The notes under the pieces were generated by a model. That model saw only the letters and a list, made by a program, of their open reading frames with translations. It was not told the origin of the DNA and ran no database searches. A DNA stretch of 64,000 nucleotides from NCBI GenBank assembly GCA_964016885.1, contig OZ024742.1:248868001-248932000 (forward strand), read 5' to 3'. This DNA comes from Eledone cirrhosa. Its lineage: Eukaryota. The position numbers were made by a program, and so were the translations under genes. Positions 42,749-59,339 of the stretch are shown piece after piece; position 1 is the stretch's first letter; each line of letters starts with the position of its first letter.

Positions 42749-43624
42749 TAATCCAAAAATATAATGTACAAATGTAAGAACCGTCTTACCAAAATTAGTA
42801 ATAACTTATGAAGCGAAAAATACATTATTTATTGAATTGAAAATGTTTATAAACAGATTTAATAAAAGTAATTTCTTGAACACCTTTACCAAAACCTCTT
42901 TAAATATAGTAGAGTTTATAATCAAATTTTGTAAATAATTTGCAGTTTAATTTCATTTTTGATAACTTCTTCAAAACATTCAGAGTTTCTTTAACCATTC
43001 AGCAGAAATTTTTATGTTTTTCCATTCACATTATTTAACACAAATGGAAAATATAGTAAAATAAACAAGACTAAAGAACTTATATAGACACAATCGTAAG
43101 CAAGGTCAGAAATGTAAGGTTGTCTCCCTTGTGATATACAACGTCTACTTCCATAATGTGTCGAAGATTCAAACTAAATTCATGTTTTGACCATGATTTG
43201 AGGTTAAATATTTCTAGTGAAGTTAACTTCCAGACAAACTTAACTAATTTTTTTACAATAATGACGTCCGCAATGTTGTGGGTTGTATTTGAATTTAATC
43301 CACGCATCCTTTTAAGTTGCGTTGCATAGTTGACATAAGAAACAATTGAAAAAATTCAAATGCATAAATAGTAGTTGCTGTTGTTTAAGCTTCAAGTTAC
43401 TTAGAGAAAAACGGAACTGGTGAGTAGCGTAGTGGATAAAGCAGACGGGATAGTGATGTGGAGTTAGATTCCTCGCTGGTGTATCTGTCAACGTTTTACT
43501 GTCTGTATAAGTGGTTTAATTAATTATCATTGTATTCGATTATTACTATTATCATTTGTGTTGTGACTCAAATTTTCCCAATGCTTTATAATTCAACTTC
43601 TTTGTTTACACACATACATATATT

Positions 43625-43692
<68 letters not shown>

Positions 43693-44008
43693 CTCAGTCT
43701 CTAAATATCTATCTATCTATCTATCTATATATATTTATATATATATATATATATAACGAAGGAAATGTGGTAAGGAACCAGGTGGACCATAACGCACCAA
43801 AGTACTCAATACTTGAGGTAGTAGAGTGGGTAATAGGAACCAGTAAGACCCCGACAGCTGATCTCAAGCCGTTTCGACGGCTAATTCTGGACTGAGCTTG
43901 AGCTCAGCCGTCGGGGTCTTATTTGTTCCTATTACCCACTCTACTACCCTAAGTATTGAGTACTTTGGTGCGTTATGGTCCACCTGGTTCCTTACCACAT
44001 TTCCTTCG

Positions 44009-44087
<79 letters not shown>

Positions 44088-44090
<3 letters not shown>

Positions 44091-44523
44091 AAAAAGATGA
44101 AATCGAAAATGCAACTGCAGCCTTTTTTTTTTTATATATATATTTATTTAGCTCCTTTACCGGTTTCGCAGTTCTTGTGCTTTTGAAAAGCACAAGAGCT
44201 GCGAAACCGGTAAAGGACCCATTAAATATATATATATATAAAAAAACTCTAGTTGCATTTTCGATTTCATTTTTCCTTATACTTTCACTCGTGTAGGACG
44301 AGTGAAAGTATAAGGAGTGAAAGTATAAGGAAAAAAGATGAAATCGAAAATGCAACTGGAGTTTTTTTTTTATATATATATTTATTTGGGTCCTTTACCG
44401 GTTTCGCAGCTCTTGTGCTTTTGAAAAGCACAAGAACTGTGAAACCGGTAAAGGAGCCAAATAAATATATATATATTAAAAAAAAAGACTCAAGTTGCAT
44501 TTTCGATTTCATCTTTTTCCTTA
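44088..44523. mobile_element. Double fold-back (A-A'-A-A') of a family with a U3-A8 HHR-like motif (44180-44215, 44418-44453)
   Basis: Arms AAGGAAAAAGATGAAATCGAAAATGCAAC..TTTACCGGTTTCGCAG..GCTTTTGAAAAGC. The same family occurs at 61125-61490. Confidence 0.88.
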
Positions 44524-44573
44524 TAAATAGATAGATAGATAGATAGATAGATATTTAGAGACTGAGAGAAGGG

Positions 44574-44689
<116 letters not shown>

Positions 44690-45317
44690 ATATCTTTATA
44701 TATATAGAGAGAGAGAGCGAGAGAGAGAAAGAGAAATAAATAAGCGTGTGTACATATATAAACATACATACAATTATACACACATATATGTGTGTGCGTG
44801 TGTGTGTGTGTGCGTATGTTTGTGTGTAAAAGGGAGGGGAAAGAAGAGAGACAGATTAGTGTTACATCTTAGCTAGACCGACATATCCTGGCGTGCTCTA
44901 GCCAGCACCGCAGGAAGAACAGTAAGACAACAGGGCACCGCTATAATAAGCTACATTGTCTGGAAACTCTGGAAAAGACACGAACAATACCAAAATTGGA
45001 CCGTCTCTCATCAGCATTGCGTCTTGTCTTAATATTTTACATAACATTGCAACGATATGCTGCATTAATGAGAGAATATTAATTAGATTGTTTTAATTAT
45101 GGTAAGTAAACTTAATTTCACTGACACAATGCCAACGCAGAAACTGAACATTGTATGAATATTAATTAATAAATAAGAAATTACCGGTTTATATCTATAT
45201 ATCACATATACAAAATGGACGGATAGACAGTGAAACACACACTTATATAAATATATGAGTAAGAAAATATGTAGGGGTAGGTCTATATTAATGTATATAT
45301 ATATATATGTGTGTGTG

Positions 45318-45382
<65 letters not shown>

Positions 45383-45393
45383 CTCTCTCTCTG

Positions 45394-45490
<97 letters not shown>

Positions 45491-45499
45491 ATATATATA

Positions 45500-45781
<282 letters not shown>

Positions 45782-46494
45782 GTAATAATAATAAATGTGA
45801 AGACTAAAATCCAAAGAGGGCTCGATATGGATAAATATATATCGAATATATAAGAACCCTAGAGCAAATATTTATTAAAATAAGAGATTAAAGATTAAGC
45901 AAAGAATCGCTGCTTTCATCCTTAACGGGATCTTCTGAAACTAGAAAAAATTATGGGAACGCAAAAGTAAATATTTCGAAAAGTGTTGCAACCGAAGAAA
46001 AACAAAAAAACGATACTTTGATTCGTGAAGAAGTTCCCTGAGTGTGTGAGTGTTTGCGCGTATATATAGTGTGTGTATGTTTACATAGGGTTTTGGTATA
46101 TGCACGTTTGGTGAACCTATGTGTATTTACCTGTAGGTATGGATGTGTGTGCGTTATATACGCATTTATGCGTGTATATTTATATATGTATATATAATTA
46201 TATGCATACACATATATTTATAAGTGTATTCGGTGTATACGTTCGTATGTGTACTTGTATATGTGTTGTGCTGCTTTACGCATGTGTGTGTGCGTTTATG
46301 TGTACGTGCATGTATATGCATGCATGGCGTGTGTTTTCGTGTATGCACGTGTTTTCTACGTATATAGATGTGTGTATGTATATATTTAATTATTATTACT
46401 TTTATGATTTTAATAACCACTGTCATTTTCGTTTAACTAATTTATTTACATTGTTCTGGGTAATTGTGCCAAAGGTAAAACCAATTATTCTTAA

Positions 46495-46648
46495 CGGTGG
46501 ATTTGTAGTATCGGTAGAGGGTCTGACGCCATGTTTTGCAGCAAAGTGTTACGGCCCTTTATGGTCTGAGTTCAAATCCCGCCGAAGTAAACTTTGCCTT
46601 TCATCCTTACGGATATTTGCTGGCCTTGTGCCAAAAGTAGAAACAATT
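46495..46648 (+). mobile_element. tRNA-derived SINE with internal deletion
   Basis: A/B boxes and tail; TSD ATTATTCTTAAC. Confidence 0.85.
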
Positions 46649-47143
46649 ATTCTTAACTACGAAGTCAAGAATCATTCGGTTTCCTAAATAAATAGAATAA
46701 TTGTCTAATGACTCCATTTATACCATAAACGTGGTTTTGTCTTTGCGTGTAATAGTTCCTATCACTCCACATCACGACGTATTATCTTCGCTTTTTTCCG
46801 TTCATTGCCAGGGAACGTCTTCACGAACCAAAGTATCCTCTTCCTGTCTTCTTTCGGTTGCAACGTTTTTCAAAATATTTACTTCTGCGTTCACAGATTG
46901 TTTTTTTTTTTTAGTTTCAGAAGATTCCATTAAGGGTGAAAGAGGCGATTATTTACTTAAACTTTAATTTTATGAATACTAGCAGAATGGCAACGCGTTG
47001 TTCGGGATTTGCTCTAGGCTTCTTATATATTTGATATATATTTATCCTTATCGAGCCTTGTCAAATAAATACGTTTGTTTATATTTTGTTATTATGTACG
47101 CAAAAATATCAGTACACGACTATATAATTATATATATATATAT

Positions 47144-48295
<1,152 letters not shown>

Positions 48296-49279
48296 GTAAT
48301 AATAATAAATTTGAAGACTAAATTCCAAAGAGGGCTCGATAAGGATAAATATATATAAAATATATAAGAACCGTAGACCAAATATTTATTAAAATAAATG
48401 ATTAAAGTTTAAGCAAAGAATCGCTGCTTTCACCCTTAACGGGATCTTCTGAAACTTTAATTTGTTATTTTAATGAATACTAGCAGAATGGCCCCGCGTT
48501 GCTCGGGACTTGCTCTAGGGTTCTTATATAATTGATATATAAGAATTTATTGTAATAAATATATATATGTTATTTTAATAAATAAATATATATATATATA
48601 TATATGCAGAAGTTATTATGGGTTTATAAATATAGTTTCCATTTATTAATATATTGTATATATATATATATATATATTAAAATAACAGATTAAAGTTTAA
48701 GCAAGAAACGCTGCTTTCACCCTTAACGGGATCTTCTACCTAAAAGCAGTATGAAGTACACTAAGACTAACTGATGTAATCGTTGGCCTTGTTTCTTTAT
48801 ATTTTGTTTTTGTGTATGCAAAAATATCTGTCAGTGATGCATGTGATTATGTAATCGCCAGCCTTGTTTGTTTATATTTTGTTTTTTGTGTATGCAAAAA
48901 TATCTGTACACGAATATCTATATTAAAATAACATATTAAAGTTTAAGCAAAGAATCGCTGCTTTCAGCCTTAACGGGATCTTCTGAAACTAAAAAAATCA
49001 ATCTCTGAACGCAGAAGTAAATATTTCGAATAACAAGGAAAACAGAAAGACGATACCTTGGTTGGTGAAGACGTTCCCTGGCATAAGAATATATATATAA
49101 ACACACACTATATATACATATATACACACACACATACTGATCGCGTCATAATGACGTAATGCAGACAACCAGGCATACAGACAGATATCATAGAGGCGCG
49201 ACGTCATATCTATGTATCTATCTAAAAAGAGAAAGACTAAGAGAGAGAGAAAGAGATCGCTAAATCGCCTAATGCGGTC

Positions 49280-49435
49280 CCTAAAGCATTGAAAGTTTGA
49301 AAACTTTTTTGCTTAGAACACCCAATAGGACCATAAGTATTACATATGTAAAGTTTGAAAACAATCGGTTGGGTGGTTCTCGAGTTTTAGTGATTGTACA
49401 AACAGACAAACAAACAGACATTCTCTGTTTTAGTA

Positions 49436-49440
<5 letters not shown>
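49280..49440 (-). mobile_element. Non-autonomous Helitron-like 5' end with (GTYT)n microsatellite
   Basis: Minus strand TATATTACTAAAACAGAGAATGTCTGTTTGTTTGTCTGTTTG...AACCACCCAACCGATTGTTTTCAAACTT, the architecture of DINE/HelitronN-type elements. Confidence 0.55.
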
Positions 49441-49533
<93 letters not shown>

Positions 49534-49547
49534 ATGTGTGTATATAT

Positions 49548-50111
49548 ACAGTTCAAGGACCAAACATTGGGAATACGGAAGATCGTGTGGTTGAGAGGAA
49601 GAGCAAAGCCTGGGCGGCGTGCCACAGCTTGAGATCGGTGTGGATGTCGGACCTTCGTAAAGACCTGAAAATCCGCTTCTTCATTGCTGTAGTGGAGTCT
49701 GTGCTGCTGTATGGGTTTGAGACTTGGACACTGACCAGGAAACTCACTCAGATTGTGGATGGGGGCTATACGAGAATGCTGAGTATGGCTCTGAACATTA
49801 ATCAGTATACACTGAGGATGAAAACCTTAGAGCTGTATGGGAGCCTCCCAAAAGTCAGCTCAAAAGTGACACAGAGGAGACTGAGGTTAGCTGGAGATTC
49901 TCACCGACATCCAGAGTTGACATTGCACTCAGTGCTCCTGTGGGAGCCCCTACATGGACACACTGGAAGTGGGAGAACAGGGTTAACGTATGTTGATGCC
50001 CTAAGGACAGACACTGGTCTGTTGGAGACGCAGGATATGGCAGCGATAATGAGGGACAGAGACCGCTGGAGAGGACTCGTCCATGGATCTCGGGAATTTT
50101 ACCCGCCCTAG
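49548..50111 (+). mobile_element. RTE LINE 3' fragment (…VESVLLYGFETWTLT…RRLRLAG…[14 protein letters not shown])
   Basis: RTE C-terminal motifs. Siblings at 2901, 56391, 58686 and 61514. Confidence 0.92.
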
Positions 50112-50376
50112 AAAAAAAAAGGAGACAACAAACATATACTAATACACTTTCTCGATAAATATATTTCTGCCCCCTCTCAACGATTATCCTATCTAGTGTG
50201 GACAATACAGATACACTTGATCATACATATAGACGCACCCATAGATATATACAATCACTAAGCCAGATATCTATACACACAACCACACACAGCCACTCCC
50301 TCAACAAACCAGATATTTTCGTGAAAAATTCTTTCCAATTGGATAAACAATGTATTCCCTTATTTGGACAAATGAC

Positions 50377-50456
50377 AACTCCTGATAAGATAGCCCGTTA
50401 ACCGTTAAGGCCTATGCCATTCAATCTCGAAATAGCTATTGAACGGCAAGAGCTCA
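50377..50456 (+). ncRNA. Degenerate full HHR of family B
   Basis: CTC-CTGATAA-GATAGC...GCTATT-GAA-CGGCAA-GAG. This is the only family-B copy that keeps the 5' half of the core. Confidence 0.5.
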
Positions 50457-50709
50457 CCCGTCGAGGTCCTGGCTAATTTATATACATATATATAGTAATA
50501 ATAATAAATTTGAAGGCTAAAATCCAAAGAGCGCTCGATAAGGATAAATATATATCAAATATATAAGAACCCTAGAGTTAAGGGTGAAAGCAGAGATAAT
50601 TTGCTTAAACTTTAATCTGTTATTTTAATATATATATATATGTGTGTGTGTGTAAGTATAACGAACTAGACATATTGAATTTGTGCTGACACACCGAATT
50701 TTCCACTAG

Positions 50710-50872
50710 CTCCATGATTTGACGGAACCTACATTTCCCAGGTGCAAGTTGGTAAATCAGAACTCACACAATGAATTAGTCAGTGGCAAATACGGTGTTA
50801 TGTGGGGAAGCCGTACAATTACGTTCCGGATCAACGATTTCGTGCTTTCTTTACTGCGTAATGCGCAGATAT
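50710..50872 (+). CDS. Possible further exon (phase 0 to 1): LHDLTEPTFPRCKLVNQNSHNELVSGKYGVMWGSRTITFRINDFVLSLLRNAQI
   Basis: TTTTCCACTAG acceptor, T|GTAAGT donor, 163 bp open frame. The phase does not link directly to 34734, so an unseen exon would be needed. Confidence 0.35.
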
Positions 50873-51377
50873 GTAAGTGATGCTCCCAATGCACAGAAGC
50901 TACGAGTTAATCCTAAAAGCATCCAGAAAAAAACATTCGATGAAACAAGTTATCAACGAGTATAGTCCTTAGTTATTCTCTTGAAAAGGTCTGATAGTGA
51001 CTACATAGCAGTTCACGACAGCTGACGGCGTATCGTGACATCCAAAAGAAGGACTTACAATCCTAGACAAATTCAAGTAATCACGTATTTAGGCGGTTAG
51101 ATTTCAAACAATTTGAAAATTACGCCAGTAGTTCTCAAGCAAGTATATAAATATGTATGTATGTGTGTATACGTATGTGTTTGCGTGTGTGTGTGGGAAT
51201 TCTGATAGCCTTACGTAGTTTCCAGACAGTAACCCCCTTCATACCACAGCTAACTCATGGCAACACCCAAGAAATAAATGGTGTTACATTTTTTGTTGGT
51301 GGAGGGAGAAAATAAGGTGAATGAATGTGCAAACAAATACATGTATATCTCCATAGATTGAAAATAATTTTCTGCTT

Positions 51378-51412
51378 GACCCTTGTTTCGATTCAGGCTG
51401 AAATCTCGTCAG
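51378..51412 (-). ncRNA. HHR core relic lacking stem I pairing
   Basis: CTGACGA-GATTT(CAGCCT)GAATC-GAAA-CAAGGG-TC. Confidence 0.4.
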
Positions 51413-51595
51413 CGATGTCTACATAGTTGATACATTTTGCTGAATTCTATACAGATTTACATAAACAATAATTATAATTCATCTTCTAAATTTAATACAC
51501 AAACACGCACACTCCCCCTCATACATACATACTTATATGTATATACGTGTGTGTGTTTGTATGCAGCTGTGATGGACATTTATATAGCTGCATTG

Positions 51596-51664
<69 letters not shown>

Positions 51665-52385
51665 AGATACTGAGGGAGAGGGGGATGACAGATAGAGACA
51701 GAGACAGAGAGAGAGAAAGAGTGAGATAGAGAGAAAGAGAGAGAGGGGAGAGAAATAGAAATGCAGCAGTAAGGCGAAGACGGTGAGAGAGTGATAATAT
51801 ACAAATTCAGAGAATTTAAATGTAAATACGATTTGTAAGACGTCAAAATCAAACTGAAATTCTATTGTATTTATATCAGAAAATTTTCAATAAAAATTAT
51901 AACAGCGGCCATTTTGACTCTTCGCTGCAAAATATAATTTTCATCTTTTATAGAAATAGCATTAAACATTGAAGGCAGTAAATAACGGAACTGTCTATTT
52001 GAATAATTCTATGTACTGTAACGAGTTATCTGTAGTTTGAACTCAGTGGCAGCTCATTGCAGCAAGGAGTCGCTCTTGTTTAACTCTGTTTTGAAAAAAG
52101 ATGATGTATTGCCAAGCTGTAACATTACAATAAGGTTTTAGGAAATGGCGGGTGCTTTAATTTGATTTCTATAGTTGAAGATATTTATTTATTCACTTTG
52201 TCACAATCAGCCATATTAAAATGTCAGATTTTCTCCTCATTCCAGTTGTAGAGATGTCATCAACGGAGGTATTTGACTGTCTACAAATAATAGCCACATC
52301 TCCCTAAAATCACGCCATACTATTTGCGATCTACATGTATGTATGTATGTATTTCTGTGTGTGTGTGTGTGTGTGCGTGTGTGTG

Positions 52386-52461
<76 letters not shown>

Positions 52462-53346
52462 GCAAGAAGCGAAGAAAATATCAGAGATACGAAAAGATTT
52501 CTCAGTGGAAGTCCAGATAAACTCCGGGTGTAAATCCATTTTCAGAGTGAAAATCAAATTTGAAAATCCAACAAATTTGAGAGATCCACGTAAGCGTTGA
52601 TATATATATATATATATATATGTATATGTAAAAAGAAAACAGAAATAACAACACAATCACTGCAGTGTATGGAAGGGATATATTAGATGAACACTTGAAA
52701 TGGCAGGAAGGGAGTATTCCATGGACTGAGGCCTACTACCTGCCTTCATTTTTTTCCTCTCCTCCACATTTTTCTTGTCCGTTAACATGCTTACTGTTCC
52801 TGCTGCCACTTCTGCTCTAGGTCTACACCTTTCATTTTAGCTAGCGGCACATTGATGGTCGTCCATGTTTTCTCTCACTCTCTGATTCATCTGTTTGTTA
52901 ACTGTACTGTTGTCGCCGCACGCACATCATACAAGCAGAAATGTTTATTTATTCTCTCTGCACGTGCTGGCATACATATTGCAGTCCTCTCGGTTAATTC
53001 GTGCGAAACCACAAGCCAGATTATGAGCTGATGAGGTCAGATGCGTCTTCTGGTTTTTTGTACCGTGTTCTAAGGTTTATAAATTTAATCTAAATGTAAT
53101 CTTACTTTTCATTTGTTTTCATTTCTTTCTTTCTTCACTACCCATGACTCGTCCGTGCTAACACACTCGTCTCTCAATTGTGTCTACTTTAATCTACCTG
53201 GCAACTTTACCTTGTTAGCTAACGACTACTGATTACTGAATTCTATCCTTATCAGTATTTTTACTCGACTTACATGCTGTTGCCATTGACAGCATTCAGC
53301 TGGTTTAACAGCAAGTCCATGCTTTTATGTTTTCAAATTATTCCTA

Positions 53347-53435
<89 letters not shown>

Positions 53436-53572
53436 AAATTGGAAATATCCCAGAAAATATATTTAAGGGTATGTTTTTCTTCTTTTTCCTTTCTTTCATT
53501 CGTCAAAGTGACATTATTGAAAAAATGCGAGGAACAATTCTTTTTTTAAAAATGTTTTATAATGTATATAAA

Positions 53573-53618
53573 GTATAACCGGTTTCGATATATTAGTAAA
53601 ATTCATCTTATCAAATGC
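53573..53618 (-). ncRNA. Type I HHR motif with U3-A8 core
   Basis: GCAT-TTGATAA-GAT..ATC-GAAA-CCGG-TT-ATAC. Confidence 0.6.
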
Positions 53619-53752
53619 TGACTATTACAATTAAAAAGAATTCATAAGAATTTAAAACAAAAAATATGGATAGCTTCACGAATTTGAGTCTCATCCTTGC
53701 GCATGGGCCATGGTAATCTATGTTTCGTTCCAATTTTAGAATATCTACTGCC

Positions 53753-53807
<55 letters not shown>

Positions 53808-53821
53808 AGTGTGTTTGTGTA

Positions 53822-53875
<54 letters not shown>

Positions 53876-53994
53876 AGTGTGTGCGTGCGTGTGTGCGCGC
53901 GTGCGTATGTGTGTGTGTGTGTGTGTGTGTATGTGTGTGTATAAAATGTTGTCTCGAAAAATCCTATAGATGAAGTGTATTTATAAATATAAAC

Positions 53995-54040
<46 letters not shown>

Positions 54041-54299
54041 AGATGTTACAACGGTCATCTGGTCAGAGAGGGCTGTTTGATGAGATGTTAGTCAAAATGT
54101 CTGGTCATGTTATAAGAGAAAAAGGAAAAGCCAAGTTCACCCTCAATTGCTATAAAATTGAATTTTTCATATTTATTGTGTATTACAATTACCAAATTAA
54201 CATATACATACATGTATAGAGAGATACATATATACATTTTTGTATTTACTGCTGCGACCTCCTCTCTACCAGTCTTGTTCGATTTGTTGTACGGCCGGA

Positions 54300-54379
<80 letters not shown>

Positions 54380-54586
54380 GGAACGAGTAGGACCCCGACG
54401 CCTGAGCTCAAGCCGTTTCGACGGGTAATTCTGGACTAAATCTAGATTTAATACAGAATTAGCCGTCGAAACGGCTTGAGCTCAGCCGTCAGGGTCCTAC
54501 TCGTTCCTATTACCCACTCTACTACCCTAAGTATTGAGTACTTTGGTGCGTTATGGTCCACCTTGTTCCTTACCACATTTCCTTCG

Positions 54587-54630
<44 letters not shown>

Positions 54631-54699
54631 CAATGAAAAAAAGTTAGTTGATTTGTAATCAACTGATTCTTATGTATAACAGCGGAGTATTATCATCAT

Positions 54700-54905
54700 G
54701 ATAATAGTAATAAACGAAAGATATATACTTTATATCATCTCTATTTGTTTTATTATATATATTTTGAAGACGTGAAGTTTTATGTATAACATAAAGCAAA
54801 ACATGTCCTCTTCACACAAAATACATAGGACATGTATTTTGTCTGAAGAGGATATGTTTTGCTTTATATTATACATAAAACTTTATATCTTTCATTTATT
54901 ACTAT

Positions 54906-54908
<3 letters not shown>
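54700..54908. mobile_element. Fold-back unit containing a degenerate HHR related to the 7087 type
   Basis: Arms centred near 54830. TATTTTGT-CTGAAGA-GGATATG on the right arm, with a degenerate complete copy on the minus strand at 54748-54823. Confidence 0.6.
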
Positions 54909-54968
<60 letters not shown>

Positions 54969-55013
54969 GCGCACGCACACGCACTCGCACACATACACAC
55001 ACATATATATAAT

Positions 55014-55111
<98 letters not shown>

Positions 55112-55112
55112 T

Positions 55113-55185
<73 letters not shown>

Positions 55186-55199
55186 TACATATATATATA

Positions 55200-55690
55200 T
55201 AAGTAGTTTCACAAAAGTTAATTCACCATTTCCGAGAACCATTGTTTCACCTTAGTCGGATCATCAGTACGGTTTAAATGAGATTATACGGAAAAGGAAA
55301 AACAATTGTAAGAATACGCATGTGCCGAAGAAGTCACTTCCCAAAGGGCTGAAAACTCACAATATAATAGATTATTCATGTTATTCAGTTCAGTGATTAC
55401 GTCGGGTAATCAGTCTGGAGCTTGAAATTACGCAGTAGTTGTTTCGAAACGTGTGGATAACGCGAGAACAATTCACTCCTTGTATTTAGACAATCACTAT
55501 TAATAATGTTCAGGATACTGATTCTTTCTTCAATGCACAGCCCACAAGCCGGATTTCCATTTATGTATGGCTTAAACTTAGTAATGACTTTCCATTGAAT
55601 GGAGTAATCCACGCTTGCGTCCTTGAGGGACGATACGAGGGCTTGCTAGCTTCTTGGACGATCGTTTGTCCGGGTGTCTGAATATCGACA
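55200..55690 (-). mobile_element. Penelope-like 3' fragment (GIY-YIG tail) with a degenerate HHR at 55232-55272
   Basis: VDYSIQWKVITKFKPYINGNPACGLCIEERISIL..LNTRSELFSRYPH, then CCGTA-CTGATGA-TCC..GGT-GAAA-CAATGG-TT-CTCGG. Confidence 0.8.
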
Positions 55691-55912
55691 GATGATTAAT
55701 GAGCTCTTGCTGTTTCAACAGTCAGTCTGGAAGTAGTCTGGATCTAGCTATTGAAACGGCAAGAGCTCAGCCGCCGGGGACCTGATTCATTCATATAACG
55801 ATACCGTAGTACCCAAAGTATCGAGTACTAGCGTGAATTATGAACTAACCAGTTTCTTACCGAATCCATACACACACACACACACAGATATATATATATA
55901 TATGTAAGTATG

Positions 55913-55971
<59 letters not shown>

Positions 55972-56179
55972 CGAAGGAAATGTGGTAAGGAACCAGGTGG
56001 ACCATAACGCACCAAAGTACTCAATACTTGAGGTAGTAGAGTGGGTAATAGGAACCAGTAAGACCCCGACAGCTGAGCTCAAGCCGTTTCGACGGCTAAT
56101 TCTGGACGCAGAATTAGCCGTCGAAACGGCTTGAGCTCAGCTGTCGGGGTCTTACTGGTTCCTATATATATATATATAT

Positions 56180-56362
<183 letters not shown>

Positions 56363-56390
56363 AATGTATATATATATATTCTATTCTATT

Positions 56391-56846
56391 CTAAGGCGGG
56401 TAAAATTCCCGAGATCCATGGACGAGATCTCTCCAGCGGTCTTTGTCCCTCATTATCGCTGCCATGTCCTGCGTCTCCAATAGACCAGTGTCTGTCCTTA
56501 GGGCATCAACATACGTTAACCTAGGTCTCCCACTTCCAGTGTGTCCATGTAGAGGCTCCCACAGGAGCACTGAGTGCAATGTCAACTCTGGATGTCGGTG
56601 AGCATGTCCAGCTAACCTCAGTCTCCTCTGTGTCACATTTGAGCTGACATTTGGGATGCTCCCATACAGCTCTGAGTTTTTCATCCTCAGTGTATACTGA
56701 TTAATGTTCAGAGCCATCCTCAGCATTCTCGTGTAGCACCCATCCACCATCTGAGTGAGTTTCTTGGTCAGTGTCCAAGTCTCAGACCCATACAGCAGCA
56801 CAGACTCCACTACAGCAATGAAGAGGCGGATTTTCAGATCTCTACG
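56391..56846 (-). mobile_element. RTE LINE 3' fragment
   Basis: [31 protein letters not shown]. Confidence 0.92.
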
Positions 56847-57141
56847 TATATGTATATACGAATGGAGATAAAGAGACAGAGAGAGAGGGGGCAGAGAGGT
56901 AAGATAATATTTAGTATTAACTTTCTTCGTCTCTTCTGTCTGTTTCTCTCATACACACATCAAATCCATCAGGGCGATGGATTTGATCGGTGTTAGAATA
57001 TGAAATACTTCTCATTCTTCATATACCTGTTAAAAGGAGGTCACTTACAAACAATACACAGTATAACTCCTCTCTTTATCATCTTTCTCTCTTTCGTCTT
57101 CACATTCTCAATCGCAATGTCTCCATTATTGCATGTATACG

Positions 57142-57248
<107 letters not shown>

Positions 57249-57249
57249 G

Positions 57250-57331
<82 letters not shown>

Positions 57332-57391
57332 ATAAAAATTGAACAGGGACAGAACAGAGAGGCAGTACGATAAATGTTTATTAATATATAT

Positions 57392-57518
<127 letters not shown>

Positions 57519-57525
57519 TATATAA

Positions 57526-57644
<119 letters not shown>

Positions 57645-57728
57645 ACATATATATATATGCATATATAAATATAGATATATATACATATGTGTATATATAT
57701 ATATGTGTGTGTGCGTGTGTGTATGTGT

Positions 57729-57759
<31 letters not shown>

Positions 57760-57818
57760 CGTGTGCGTGTGTGTTTGCATGCATGTGACAGGGAGTAGGC
57801 AGGGACCAGTTAAGGATG

Positions 57819-57849
<31 letters not shown>

Positions 57850-58262
57850 GTGGGTGTGTGTGTGTAAACAGAGCCAAGCAAGCACACATGTATGTGTGTA
57901 AGCGTACGGATGTATTAGTGTGCGCCTGTGTGAGTATGTGAACGTATGTCTTTGAACGACTGTCCACATCAAAGGCATGCCATCTTCAAAGAGAATATAG
58001 CTGATAGTCCAAATCCATATGCCATTACATGAGTCAACCAACCTCCGACTATTTAAACTTTACCGCAGTTTGAACATTTATACTCTCTTCCTTCATATTT
58101 ATCTATCTATCTATCTACCCCCCTCCCCAATCCCCCAACCCCACCCTCTCTCTCTCTCTCTCTCCCTCCCCTTCTCTCTCTTTCTTTCTCTCCCTCTCTC
58201 TCTATATATATATCCCCCCTCTCTCTCTCTCGCTCTCTATCTATATATATATGTATGTATGC

Positions 58263-58307
<45 letters not shown>

Positions 58308-58359
58308 CCTGTGTGTGTGTATGTATATATATATATATATATGTAAATATACCTGTGTT

Positions 58360-58449
<90 letters not shown>

Positions 58450-58685
58450 TGTATATATACATATATATATTTATGTAAAACGAATTTCAATATAGAATTG
58501 CTTCATTCGTATGAAATCATCAAGAATGTATTCATGATTTTATAAAAATGAAACAGTTCTACACTTGTAGGATCCCTTTTTATATTAAATGTTGTTGTTC
58601 TCAGTCTACGTATCTATTTAGTACCTCATTTAATCTGGTTGCCTCGATTTCACTTGGGATCTGCATATTATATATGTATGTATGT

Positions 58686-58935
58686 CAAAAGTGGCACAGA
58701 GGAGACTGAGGTTAGCTGGACATGCTCACCGTCATCCAGAGTTGACACTGCACTCAGTGCTCCTGTGGTAACCCTTGAATGGACACACTGAAAGAGGAAG
58801 ACCGAGGTTAACATATGTTGATGCCCTAAGGACAGACACTGGTCTGTTGGAGACGCAGGACATGGCAGCGATAATGGGGGACAGAGACTGCTGGAGAGAA
58901 CTCGTCCATGGATCTCGGGAATATTACCCGCCCTA
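58686..58935 (+). mobile_element. RTE LINE 3' fragment
   Basis: Same family as 49548-50111. Confidence 0.9.
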
Positions 58936-58951
58936 TATATATATATATATT

Positions 58952-59023
<72 letters not shown>

Positions 59024-59024
59024 G

Positions 59025-59200
59025 TTAGAAATTGAACAACACAAAATATAACAGATCCAGACTTATATTATTATTGTCTGGGATCCAGAAACCTTTGGTA
59101 ATGGAGTAGTTATATTTTGTGTTGTTCACTTTCTAATTAAATAGCTCTCTTCTATACATGGAAAACTCTTTTTTTCTTTGTTTTGCCTTCGGAATTGCCT
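59025..59200 (+). mobile_element. Fold-back unit keeping the 3' half of an HHR
   Basis: Arms 59025-59052 and 59109-59136 enclose GATCCAGAC..GTCTGGGATC-CA-GAAA-CCTTTGG-TA, similar to the 38880 ribozyme half. Confidence 0.65.
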
Positions 59201-59205
59201 AACAC

Positions 59206-59339
<134 letters not shown>

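Noticed and set aside
43080-43307. 75-aa minus-strand ORF
   Set aside because: No motif, no convincing splice sites and AT-rich composition, so it is probably a chance ORF.
44872-45082. Open frame LDRHILACSSQHRRK... and a minus-strand CTGATGA at about 45009
   Set aside because: No compatible splice donor, no recognisable domain and no GAAA for a ribozyme.
52545-52589. Possible mini-exon (VKIKFENPTNLRDP, AG..GTAAGC); similar weak candidate at 62309-62364
   Set aside because: Splice signals are plausible, but the segments are too short and cannot be phase-linked to the supported exons without RNA data.
53025-53072. GAG-CTGATGA followed by a hairpin
   Set aside because: The GAAA box is missing after the hairpin, so it cannot be told from chance or extreme decay.
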